DNA from: a virus
Lineage: Duplodnaviria > Caudoviricetes
Strand: one strand, 5' to 3'
Virus record (IMG/VR): IMGVR_UViG_3300048878_000408
Location: 1 to 50,196 of that record
Length of the DNA: 50,196 bases
The notes beneath the pieces are model-generated. The model made no database searches. It was not told the DNA's origin and was given only the letters and a program-made list of their open reading frames with translations. Shown here one piece after another: positions 36,730 through 46,117 of the stretch; the first letter of the stretch is position 1, and every line of letters starts with the position of its first letter. The translations under genes were made by a program, and so were the position numbers.

Positions 36730-37607
36730 CGTACCGAGCCCATATTAATACCAGCTCCTGGGAACCCCCCAAAAGGGCTTTCTAAAGGCTCAGGGAACCT
36801 CAGTTCACAAGAGGTAAAAGTTTTTGAACATACATCATCAGAAGATGATCCCACTACATTATTACTAATATCCCAATAACTACTACCAGAATACCCACAC
36901 TCCACTCCTCTATATACCCAAGGGCACGAGTTAGCTACTACCGTTCTAGAAGGTAGCTTAACTCCGTGTATGTCATGTGCGGCAGTTAATTCAAATTGAA
37001 TATGAGTATTAGTTTCTATAGCTTTTCTATCTACATACCAGATTTCATCTGGAAAATGTGCAGTATCATCTGCTATAGCGGAAGCGTACCATATACCCGG
37101 CCCTGCTGCTGCTTCACAAGTAGTCTGGTTGTATACTGTCCAAGTACCTACAGAACCGTTTTTATTAGTATCTAAACAGTCTGATTTACTCAGACTTGGA
37201 TCCGATCCTGATTCCCCGGTACACAGCCCAGCGGTTGGATATCCCCCAGTATAACAATAAGAATCTAAATACTTTGCGAAAGTTTTCTTTCTTACAACCT
37301 TTGCACCAACTAAATCATCGTAACTATTAATAACGCTAGATAAAATAGAAGTAATATTAGCTACAGTAATTACAGGTCTAGGTATCGCCCCCTTGCCAGA
37401 AAACTCAAACCCTTCGGCTTCAATAGGCATAGCTGAATACCTATTACCCTGCCATACTATTTCTTGTAGATTTTCATTCTGACCGGCATGCCACCTAAGG
37501 ATAGGTTCTGAGTCTGGGGCAGTACCCACCGATAGGTCAAGTTCAAATAACTCAATAACTGCTCCTGGCTCAAAGCCGTGAATATCTGCTGTAATTTTAT
37601 CACTCAT
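36726..37607 (-). CDS. Lambda gpL-like minor tail protein (Fe-S cluster Cys motif)
   Basis: IELFELD, WQG..Y...PIEAEGFE, DL.GAKV.R..T.AKYLD, C.W.YRG.ECGY...D.C.K....C..RF, FGGFP. Confidence 0.93.
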   Translation of the reverse strand: MSDKITADIHGFEPGAVIELFELDLSVGTAPDSEPILRWHAGQNENLQEIVWQGNRYSAMPIEAEGFEFSGKGAIPRPVITVANITSILSSVINSYDDLVGAKVVRKKTFAKYLDSYCYTGGYPTAGLCTGESGSDPSLSKSDCLDTNKNGSVGTWTVYNQTTCEAAAGPGIWYASAIADDTAHFPDEIWYVDRKAIETNTHIQFELTAAHDIHGVKLPSRTVVANSCPWVYRGVECGYSGSSYWDISNNVVGSSSDDVCSKTFTSCELRFPEPLESPFGGFPGAGINMGSVR

Positions 37608-38146
37608 GGTTCAAATACCTTTGTAAATGTTGCTGTTATAGTTCTAATACCTGACAAAGTTTCTTGAGAACTCCACTTTCCACAAGTATATTTCTTATAT
37701 GGATTAATAGTATAAGTTTCTCCACTTGACATAATATCTACTGATAATGATAATTGCGTTGCGCTATCTACTGCCGTTACAGTAGAAGTCGCTCCGCCTG
37801 AATCTGTAACAGTAGTGTTTAAATATCTAGCAGTAAAATATTGACTAGTATCTATCAATTTCTTAGTAGAAATTGCGGTAGTAGTACTGGCTATCTCATA
37901 CCCAGTAGGGTACCAGTCAAATGCAGTTATGCCTGCTTGCTCTTCAAGAAAGCCTACAATCTTATTAGCTTCTGCCGAGGTTCTATTTTTCCAAGTTAAG
38001 TTCCATGATTCAGGTAAATTATTTATACCGGCAGCTACTCGCTGCTCGTACCCATCACCGTAAGTAGCTTTCAAAATTCTAGGCTGTTGTTCTGATTTGA
38101 GTCCTCTATCTGGATTTATATTTACTTCTGTATTAAAATTTGCCAT
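37604..38146 (-). CDS. Lambda gpM-like distal tail protein with inserted domain
   Basis: YGDGYEQR...GIN, FL....G..AF.W.P, I.ATF..VFEP. Confidence 0.9.
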   Translation of the reverse strand: MANFNTEVNINPDRGLKSEQQPRILKATYGDGYEQRVAAGINNLPESWNLTWKNRTSAEANKIVGFLEEQAGITAFDWYPTGYEIASTTTAISTKKLIDTSQYFTARYLNTTVTDSGGATSTVTAVDSATQLSLSVDIMSSGETYTINPYKKYTCGKWSSQETLSGIRTITATFTKVFEP

Positions 38147-38148
38147 AA

Positions 38149-41100
38149 TTAGTATTGACTAAGTAGTCCTCCAGGTCGCTTCTGCTCTACTAGTTCCATC
38201 TGTACTGCTTGTGAAACCATGTAACCAAGTTGTTTAGCTTTATCTCCATCCATTCCAGAACTAGTATCAGATTTAGCGTTTCCATCACTATCAATTGTAA
38301 CATTAACTGTAACGTTATTTTCCGTAGTTCCTGTTGCTCCTATTACTGGGATTGATCTTCCATCAGGTAGAGGTACTACCGCTTCGTTGTATCTACCTTC
38401 CCCTACTAATCCTAGTGTGGGCTTAGTAACGGTGCCGCCATTTGCGAAGGCTTTAAAGCCTCCTGAAAGAACACCACCATTTGCTAGACCAAATATACTG
38501 CCTAAAGCGCTAGTCATCAGATTAGTTCCTACTTGGCTTAATGTATTAGAAATCATAGCTCTAACATTAACATTATCATTCATTATAAGATTAGCAAATC
38601 CACTAGCTAATGAAGATTTTATTTGACTACCAGCGGCTACCATCGCATTTTCTGTTCCAACAGACGTTACTGCTACTGGCTGTCCAGACCCAGGCACTAC
38701 AGGAGCTACTTCTTTAACGCTAAGAGCTCCGGTTGCGTCTACATGAGGTTGAAGAGTATTTTCTGTTGAATTATTAAAGCTAGGAACAGCCATACTACTC
38801 CAAGGAGAAGGCGGTGTACTAGTTAATCCGAATAGATTATTTGCGGCTGTTGTTAAGGTAGTAAGTTCAATAACAAGAGGTTTCATCTGAGCATCAATAA
38901 AACTCATAAATGCCTCTAAACTTGATACTGCATCCTTGAGTGGAGTACCCATCTCTGATGCTGCTAATACCGACATAAATTCCTGTATTTGTAGTCTTTG
39001 AGTATCTATGAGTTGAGCTGTGAAGTTTAGTCCAGAAGTTGCAATATTATCTATATCTCTAGTAGCTGAACCAAATATCATACTATCTCCCACATTAGGA
39101 GTAGCCCCTTTATTTAAGTTACTAGTAGTAAGACTATTAGTAGTTAAATTTGAATAGGGATCGTAGTACTCTACACTAGATTTAGCCTTAAGTTTTTCTG
39201 CAAAAGCACCAGAATCTAATCCTAGGGCTTCATTTATTGCTTGCCCCATCCTTATACCGTAATTCCAGTATATCTTAAAAATATTTCCGTCTTCTAACGC
39301 CGCTCTGTCTGGCATTAGGGAACTAGTAGTGGAGTCTTTATATCCCCCTTGTGTCCATGCCTTGTATTCTTGGTATTCTTTATCCTGCTCTTTATACATG
39401 TCCGACTTTTTAGCATCTTGAACATTGTTCCACCCCTTTGTCAAAGCTGCTATTATACCGGTAATTACTCCTGCAGCTATCTTGTACTTTTTGAGTAACC
39501 CTACTAGAGCCTCTCCCGCCATGAATGCTTTGGCCTTTAGAGGATATTGTGCCTTTGTCTGGAACCTCATGTCTCCCATCATTTTTCTTTTAAAAGTACC
39601 AGGGTCCCCATGCAGTTTAGCTAATTTTTGTTGTCTTTCTTTTATGTCTTGAAGTTCCGCCCACCTTGCTAGTTGCTCGGGGGTACCTCCTTTTAAGGCA
39701 CTTGCTCTTAAATCACTAGCAGTAGAGTTATTGAAATTACTACTAGTCAATACTTCAAAAAATCCGCGCAAGGCGCCAACTACGTCTACTACACTAGTAT
39801 CGAAATCTTTAATAGTTTGAGGAGTGGAAAGCCTGTCCATCTCTTTTATTACCTCAGGCATTGCTTTTTGAATAAAACTTGGTACCCAATCAGACGGCTT
39901 AGACCCTTCCCCTCTTAAGGCATTCTGTGATATTCCTCGTACCAGGTACTCATCAATCACTCTCTCTGATTTTGCAGTTATAGCATTTAAAAGCTGATAT
40001 ACCTGTGTAGAAGTTTGAACATCTAAGGACTTGAACTCCTTCGATCCTAAGTACGCTTGTGACATATTAAGCATAGAAGTCTGTGTAACGTCCGAATACT
40101 TATCAAAATCTGTTGTATCTAAAGTAGTTAACGCCTCAACTAAAGGATGGACTGCTTCATGAATAATAGCACCTAATCCGCCCTTATCTCCCCACGCGAA
40201 AAGACCTTGGTCCGTACCATTAGATACCCCGCTTAAGCTTTTACCTATATCAGTTTGGCCATGTTTCATATATGAATACTCACCCGCTAGCTGTAAGAAA
40301 TAATCAGCGTTAAGTGCAAAGATACTATCCTTAGCAATTCTAAGGTGTTCTTTTACATTCTTATTTAACTCAGCTCTGCCCTCTGCTTCGCTTTCGAAAC
40401 CTGTAAAGCTATATTTATTCTTATTCATATCAGGAAATGCTTCTAATTCCTCACCCTCTTTAATAATATTAATATTACTTAATATTTTATTCAACGCAGG
40501 TATACCGGTATCTACAGTTGCTGGTAAGGTGTTTGATGTGCTTGCGGATAAGGTATTCGAAGTTAGGTCTTTATACGTCTTCTTCTTATCTTTTGTTTCC
40601 TGAACCTTCTTATTGTACGCGTCTAGTTTAGCCTGTAAATCTGACTCAGTGACGAACGTTTTAGTAGCTAAATCTAACTCTCCTTGAGAAACTACATGTC
40701 CTAAACTATCTTTTATTATACTACTAAACCGCTCTGCTATAGTTTTTCCTAACCCTCCGATGGCCCCAGTCATTACATCACTTAATTTTGCTAGACCTTC
40801 GCTTGACTCGGTAGTTCCGATTTTACCGGTACCAGATTTAATAGTATCACTAAGAGCCTTAGTATTCTCTTTAATGCCTTTAAGGTGAGCAACCATTGAG
40901 GCCGAGTATTTCCCTAAGTCTTCTAATTTCTGTACTAGTTTCTCAACGTCAGTAGGTGGGAATATCTTATCAGCAATACCTGAACCAAACAATCCCTCAG
41001 TCATCATCCCCGCTATCCCTGATCTTGAAAATAATAAGTCGTTAGCCATGGTGCCTATTATGTCACCTGCAGCATCTGCCAAACCCTGGGTTAAATCAGC

Positions 41101-44100
41101 CTGTAAATCTGCTGGATCAACGTCCTTTTGCATTAATAAATCAGATACTGCACTTGATATACTACTTTCAAAAGAAGACCCTATAGCTTCGAACGCCTCT
41201 CTAAAGAGGGTTGTCGTTTCATTTCTTCTTGCTACTATTAGCTCTGCTTGGGTCTTCTCCGTCTCTGCGGCTATTTCCCTTAACATTATTTCTTTCTTTA
41301 CTAGTTCTAGACCTTCTTCCTTCATATCGCGTTCATACGTAGCGATAGTCTTCCTAAGCTCTATTAGGTCCTCGTGCTCTGCCCAATGGGTCAGTTCTAT
41401 AGCACGGTCTGTTTTTTCCGCATTTAGTTGTTCAAATCTACTAGTTATTACTTTACCTTCAGCAGTTGTAGCTAACTTAATCCATTTATATGTCTTTTTA
41501 AATTCTTTCTCACTTGGGAAGGCTTTAGCAAACCTTTTAGCGAATCCCTCTGTTAGTCCCTTAGAGTTTAGTTCTCCATTTTTTTCTATAAGAGCACTTA
41601 CTATGCCGACAACTTGCTGGCCACTAGCAAAGGTTTCATCTAAAGAATTTCTGAAAGCGTTAAATTCCTTATTTATTTCATCACTCTTCCAGTTCATGAA
41701 CTCTGTTGCACCAAAAGGGTTATCTTGACTCATGGCAGATATTCTTTGAGTAATAGTTTGAGTAGTTCCTGCTATGTCGTGGAAATGCTCAGATAATTGA
41801 CGAGCTATTTTACCTGCTTGTACAATCTTTACATTTAAATTTACTATTTGTAATTCTGTATTACGTGCTTCTTCTTTAGTCTGCTTTGCAAAAACAAGTT
41901 TATTCTGTAGTCTCTGCTTTTCTATTCCTAGTACTTTCAGCTCGATGGTAGCTTTCTCTTTGAGTGCTGAGTTACCAAATTGCTCCATATGAACCTTATC
42001 AGAAGCATACTGTGCAAGTTTAACAGCCGCAGTTAGTTCTAAGTGGTACAGCTTTTGTGCATCCCCTCCAAATAGTTTGACAGCTATAGCTCTATCTGTC
42101 TTTGCTCTCATCAAGTCTTGCTCCGCTTTAGTAAGCGATCCCAAGTCCTTTTTCTCCTGTCTATTTACTTCACCATATGTAGAACTATATAGTTTGCTAT
42201 ATAGATCGCCTTGCATTTCTTCTATACTTCTTCTAGTGCTAGTTAACCTCTTAACTCCCTCCGCAACTAGTTCTTTTTTCTCATCCCCACTTACGTCTGT
42301 TCTTGCTCTTAAATCTGCAAGCGCTTTTACATGCTTTTCCTCAAGTTTTAATTGACTCTTTAATACCTTTGCGTAATAACCTGTAAATTCCCACCCCTCT
42401 TGCTTTAGAAGTTTATATTTTTCAGCTTGTGTTACTACAACATCGTCAAGACCCTTTATTACTGCTCCGAAAGAACCAGCGAAATCTTTAAGGCCTCCTC
42501 CTAGTAGTAATGAGTCTGAGATAGATTTTACACCTTCTGATACTTTTTTGAATTGGTTAGCTAGATTTTTTAAAGTTTCTGCCTGTTTTTTTGCTATGTC
42601 ATTATATGTCTTTGAAGCAGCAGTTAAATCTTCATAAAATTGAATAGCATTTTCTCTAGTCATATTAAACTTACCGGCTAATTTGTCTACTGCTAATGCT
42701 GGGGATATTATGCCTTCATTTACTGATCTTAAAGTGCCTACTATCCCTTCTGCTGCCTCTTTAGAGCTAGTAGTTAGTTTAGTGAAAGAATCTATAGCTA
42801 ACCACGCAGCTGCGCCCACTGCTGTTAGAGCTGCCGCACCCCAGCCTATTACTGGTACCATTGCCGCCATCGCTGAAGCACCACCCAACATTGATAGGGT
42901 CAAACCTGTGGTTGCGGCCGTAACAGTATGAGCTGCTAGCCCTACAGAAGCAATTCCTGCTGCAACTGACCCCGTGACTTCCCATCCTCCACCTGTAGCA
43001 ACAGTGCTTGCTAAGTTCTTTTGCAAGTTGATATCTTCTATGAACTTATCAAATTCAGATGAAGACATAGTCGAAGCTAGCCCTACTAACGCATTGGCAG
43101 TTGCATCCCCTATGGAGTCTGCTATACCTTGTCCAAATACAGCTGCGATTGAATCCATAATTTGGCCGCCCCAAGCTTCTGCAATTCTATCAGCATTCAA
43201 ACCCGCTGAGGCTCCTATTAATGCTTCGTTTACTCCTTCTGCTATATTGGCCTTGAACTCTCTTGAACGAATTGACCCAGCTATATCAGAACCTAAAGTT
43301 CCAAGTCTTCCACCTTTTTTGAAAAACTTTTCAGTGGTAGTTACAGTTTCCTTTAAGCTATTATTTAGACCATCTAACGATTCACCAGCCGCAGCAAATG
43401 CATCTGACATATCGAAAGCCATTTGAGCAATCCACTTAACCATCATCCAAGCACCCATAATACCTACTAAAGCATTAAGACCCTTTGATAAACCTGTTAT
43501 AGTTGCTCCTATACCAGCACCCATAACACCAAAAGCTTTGGTAATTTTACCCGTAGACGAATCAGCATTAACCTCAAGTTCGGTCAGATGGTTTATTATA
43601 CCCTCTAAATGTTTTTTAGCGGCCGTTTCTGACTCCCCCAACCCCATCAATTCTGTATTCAGTCTATCGATAGATTTAGTTCTAAAAGCTTTGCTGAAAA
43701 TTGCTCCGACTGTTTTGAATAGTCCTAATTCATGCGCTAAACTAGAACCTGCTCTACCCATAGCTAGGAAGTTTCCTGTGACCCCCGCTAACGTGACTCC
43801 CAGAGATACAAATCTTTTTGTCATGTCAGAGATATTACTCATAATATCTGAAGCCATGGTACCTTTAGTAGCCTTGGCTATAGAAGCTATAGTGCCTTGT
43901 AAACGAGCTAATGTTGCATCAAGCTTTTGCATCTCCGCAACAGATTTACCTGACATTCCTGGAGTAGTTGCAAAACCAGTCTCCACAGCACTACCCATAC
44001 CCATACGTACCGTCTGTCTTAGAGCCTTAATTAAACCTTTTTGGTCAAAAAGTGCTTTACCTCTAGTACCCTTTCTCCATTCTTCTGCAAATTTCTTTCC

Positions 44101-45207
44101 TCCAAATTTACCAGAGTCCGCACCCATTTTTGTAAGAGCATCTGTAGCTCGGTCTATTCGCATCCCTTTTACAAGGTCCCACTTAGCCATTTTAGAAGCC
44201 TGTTTCATTGTCTGTTGAGTTCGTATCAACTTATCTCTAAACAATGACATCTTCGAGGTCCAGGCGTCTATCTTCTCACCCATCTTGTCAAATACAGGAA
44301 ATACTGTTCTTATTAGGCTTCTACCAACTATAGCCATTATAGCTAGTAACAATTCTTTATTATCTGCTAAAGAACGCACTAAAGGTCCAAATACCTTATC
44401 GATTAAGGCTCCACCTTGATTTACCATATCTATAATAGAGGTACTTAACTGAGCGAAAGCATTCGCAGGTATAGTTGTAGCTATATCTCCAAACTTCCCT
44501 TCTAACTGCCCCATAATAGCGACATTACGTGCAGTTAACTTCTCCATTTCAGTTAATTCTGTAGTAGTCTTATCTATACTTTTAGCGAAGTCTTTATATA
44601 CTGTATCAAGTCTAATGATTACACCTAATTCGTCTAAGATTTCAGGTTCCGCCTTTACAATACCACGGGTTAAACGATCCATAGCATCGGCCATATTTCT
44701 ACCAAGAGCAACTGAAGCAGCTCGTGCACCCTTAGTCATTTTTTCAATTTGTTTTGCAGTTAGACCTGCAGTTGTAGCTAGTGCTGTACTAGTAGAAGCT
44801 TGTTGGAAATCAAGCATATATCCAGAAGCTTTTTGAACGCTTCTGGCGATCTGAGCCATATTCTTACCTGTAGAGGCTGCGAAGGCGGCTTGACCTTTTT
44901 GTAATATTGCAAAGTCAGCGGCTCTTTCTAAAGCGGTGTATAAAGCTGTTAACGCAAATACACGTGCTGCGACTTCTGCGTAGGCAGGAACTAGAACACC
45001 CTGCATACCTTGAGCTTGTTTAGAGAAGTTTTTAGAGGCGTTAGAAGACATTCTAGCATTACCCTTCATATTTCTATCAAGGTTACCAGATTTCTTACTA
45101 TTTCTGTCTACTGCTTTATTAAGTTTGTTAATGTCTTTGGTCTTCTGTTTCAGAGTACCATTATCACTTACCGTAATCTTAATATTTTTATCGTGCTTTC
45201 CTGCCAT
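38149..45207 (-). CDS. Tape measure protein, 2352 aa
   Basis: T5 pb2-like N-terminus (YA..AA.VFAL, GI.K.EPE.LDELG...RL), TM segments, HEAVH motif, lambda gpH-like C-terminus (FANGG....PT.GLVGEG...EAVVPL...RPGG.L). Confidence 0.93.
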   Translation of the reverse strand: MAGKHDKNIKITVSDNGTLKQKTKDINKLNKAVDRNSKKSGNLDRNMKGNARMSSNASKNFSKQAQGMQGVLVPAYAEVAARVFALTALYTALERAADFAILQKGQAAFAASTGKNMAQIARSVQKASGYMLDFQQASTSTALATTAGLTAKQIEKMTKGARAASVALGRNMADAMDRLTRGIVKAEPEILDELGVIIRLDTVYKDFAKSIDKTTTELTEMEKLTARNVAIMGQLEGKFGDIATTIPANAFAQLSTSIIDMVNQGGALIDKVFGPLVRSLADNKELLLAIMAIVGRSLIRTVFPVFDKMGEKIDAWTSKMSLFRDKLIRTQQTMKQASKMAKWDLVKGMRIDRATDALTKMGADSGKFGGKKFAEEWRKGTRGKALFDQKGLIKALRQTVRMGMGSAVETGFATTPGMSGKSVAEMQKLDATLARLQGTIASIAKATKGTMASDIMSNISDMTKRFVSLGVTLAGVTGNFLAMGRAGSSLAHELGLFKTVGAIFSKAFRTKSIDRLNTELMGLGESETAAKKHLEGIINHLTELEVNADSSTGKITKAFGVMGAGIGATITGLSKGLNALVGIMGAWMMVKWIAQMAFDMSDAFAAAGESLDGLNNSLKETVTTTEKFFKKGGRLGTLGSDIAGSIRSREFKANIAEGVNEALIGASAGLNADRIAEAWGGQIMDSIAAVFGQGIADSIGDATANALVGLASTMSSSEFDKFIEDINLQKNLASTVATGGGWEVTGSVAAGIASVGLAAHTVTAATTGLTLSMLGGASAMAAMVPVIGWGAAALTAVGAAAWLAIDSFTKLTTSSKEAAEGIVGTLRSVNEGIISPALAVDKLAGKFNMTRENAIQFYEDLTAASKTYNDIAKKQAETLKNLANQFKKVSEGVKSISDSLLLGGGLKDFAGSFGAVIKGLDDVVVTQAEKYKLLKQEGWEFTGYYAKVLKSQLKLEEKHVKALADLRARTDVSGDEKKELVAEGVKRLTSTRRSIEEMQGDLYSKLYSSTYGEVNRQEKKDLGSLTKAEQDLMRAKTDRAIAVKLFGGDAQKLYHLELTAAVKLAQYASDKVHMEQFGNSALKEKATIELKVLGIEKQRLQNKLVFAKQTKEEARNTELQIVNLNVKIVQAGKIARQLSEHFHDIAGTTQTITQRISAMSQDNPFGATEFMNWKSDEINKEFNAFRNSLDETFASGQQVVGIVSALIEKNGELNSKGLTEGFAKRFAKAFPSEKEFKKTYKWIKLATTAEGKVITSRFEQLNAEKTDRAIELTHWAEHEDLIELRKTIATYERDMKEEGLELVKKEIMLREIAAETEKTQAELIVARRNETTTLFREAFEAIGSSFESSISSAVSDLLMQKDVDPADLQADLTQGLADAAGDIIGTMANDLLFSRSGIAGMMTEGLFGSGIADKIFPPTDVEKLVQKLEDLGKYSASMVAHLKGIKENTKALSDTIKSGTGKIGTTESSEGLAKLSDVMTGAIGGLGKTIAERFSSIIKDSLGHVVSQGELDLATKTFVTESDLQAKLDAYNKKVQETKDKKKTYKDLTSNTLSASTSNTLPATVDTGIPALNKILSNINIIKEGEELEAFPDMNKNKYSFTGFESEAEGRAELNKNVKEHLRIAKDSIFALNADYFLQLAGEYSYMKHGQTDIGKSLSGVSNGTDQGLFAWGDKGGLGAIIHEAVHPLVEALTTLDTTDFDKYSDVTQTSMLNMSQAYLGSKEFKSLDVQTSTQVYQLLNAITAKSERVIDEYLVRGISQNALRGEGSKPSDWVPSFIQKAMPEVIKEMDRLSTPQTIKDFDTSVVDVVGALRGFFEVLTSSNFNNSTASDLRASALKGGTPEQLARWAELQDIKERQQKLAKLHGDPGTFKRKMMGDMRFQTKAQYPLKAKAFMAGEALVGLLKKYKIAAGVITGIIAALTKGWNNVQDAKKSDMYKEQDKEYQEYKAWTQGGYKDSTTSSLMPDRAALEDGNIFKIYWNYGIRMGQAINEALGLDSGAFAEKLKAKSSVEYYDPYSNLTTNSLTTSNLNKGATPNVGDSMIFGSATRDIDNIATSGLNFTAQLIDTQRLQIQEFMSVLAASEMGTPLKDAVSSLEAFMSFIDAQMKPLVIELTTLTTAANNLFGLTSTPPSPWSSMAVPSFNNSTENTLQPHVDATGALSVKEVAPVVPGSGQPVAVTSVGTENAMVAAGSQIKSSLASGFANLIMNDNVNVRAMISNTLSQVGTNLMTSALGSIFGLANGGVLSGGFKAFANGGTVTKPTLGLVGEGRYNEAVVPLPDGRSIPVIGATGTTENNVTVNVTIDSDGNAKSDTSSGMDGDKAKQLGYMVSQAVQMELVEQKRPGGLLSQY

Positions 45208-45222
45208 TTTATTATTCTCTCA

Positions 45223-45528
45223 CTAGGCCTTTTTAGGCCCCGTTTGCTGTTCCTTTTGCTTCTTATTGACATGTTTTGAATACTTTGTATCAATAATCTT
45301 TACCAGCTTGAATATTTCTTTCTTGTTACTTACTTCAAGTAACTCCATAACATCTTTTATTCCGGCAATTTGTTTACCGAAATATGTACCACTCATACCG
45401 TCCCACTGATCTGGCAAATAGTTCCAAACTTGAAAGGCCTCTTGGATTTCATAAGGGAAAACTACTTCATCCTCATCTAAAGCGGACCAATCCACTTCCA
45501 TCCCGTTCTCTTCCATTTGGATCATCAT
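45223..45528 (-). CDS. Tail assembly chaperone, downstream (gpT-like) frame
   Basis: FP.EIQ.A...W..LPD.WDGMSG.Y.GK; frame open upstream to the slippery site at 45618-45624. Confidence 0.85.
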   Translation of the reverse strand: MMIQMEENGMEVDWSALDEDEVVFPYEIQEAFQVWNYLPDQWDGMSGTYFGKQIAGIKDVMELLEVSNKKEIFKLVKIIDTKYSKHVNKKQKEQQTGPKKA

Positions 45529-45602
45529 ATCTACGCGTTTTTGTTTATCGAAACTCTCGCCAACGCCTGTAAAATGATTATCTATTTGTTTAGTCCAATA
45601 GA

Positions 45603-46049
45603 CTATTTGCTCTTCGTAAAATTTGCAAGGTCACCTACTGTTTCGGTGAGCCAAGAATCAAAGTCTCCTGAGTTTTGCATTAGTATTTCTGCGTTCTCAG
45701 TACTAAAAGGAAGTTCTGCATTCATATCTGCAATTTTATCCTCATCTACCGGAATAAGTTGTACTAGATAAGTCATTTTTAAACCTGTCCAGCCTTTAAT
45801 CACGGCTTTAATGTACTCTTTTAGGAATACTTCTTCATTTAATTCTTCTTCAGGCTGTCTAGTTCTACGATTAATCTTTGTAGTAACTGCCTTTTTACGT
45901 AGCTTTAGCATTTCATCTCGTGCTAAATAAGTAAGTTGTACTTCGAAACCTGGGTAACCCGGGAAGTCGACTGTCGCTGTTTTACTTGAAGTAAGTAAGT
46001 CAGATAAATTCTGAATACTTGTTGTTGCTGTTGTTGTTGCTGTTGTCAT
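45603..46049 (-). CDS. Tail assembly chaperone (gpG-like)
   Basis: AGGA RBS before ATG 46049; ends ...DLANFTKSK; lies between tail tube and TMP. Confidence 0.88.
   Translation of the reverse strand: MTTATTTATTSIQNLSDLLTSSKTATVDFPGYPGFEVQLTYLARDEMLKLRKKAVTTKINRRTRQPEEELNEEVFLKEYIKAVIKGWTGLKMTYLVQLIPVDEDKIADMNAELPFSTENAEILMQNSGDFDSWLTETVGDLANFTKSK
45618..45624 (-). other. -1 programmed ribosomal frameshift heptamer A AAT TTT
   Basis: X XXY YYZ in the correct phase; -1 frame reads YEEQIVYWTKQIDNHF... without stop into 45528 ORF. Confidence 0.8.
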
Positions 46050-46071
46050 TTTATATATCCTGTGTTTTAAA

Positions 46072-46103
46072 TAAAAAATAATGGTGCGCCGAAGCACACC
46101 ATT
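46072..46103 (-). terminator. Terminator with cUUCGg tetraloop after tail tube gene
   Basis: AATGGTGTGC-TTCG-GCGCACCATT then ATTTTT on - strand. Confidence 0.85.
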
Positions 46104-46117
46104 AAAGACATTAAATA

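Noticed and set aside
41048-44218. Long + strand ORFs (two of 226 aa, one of 150 aa) within the TMP
   Set aside because: Antisense shadows of a biased-codon gene; no RBS or recognisable motifs
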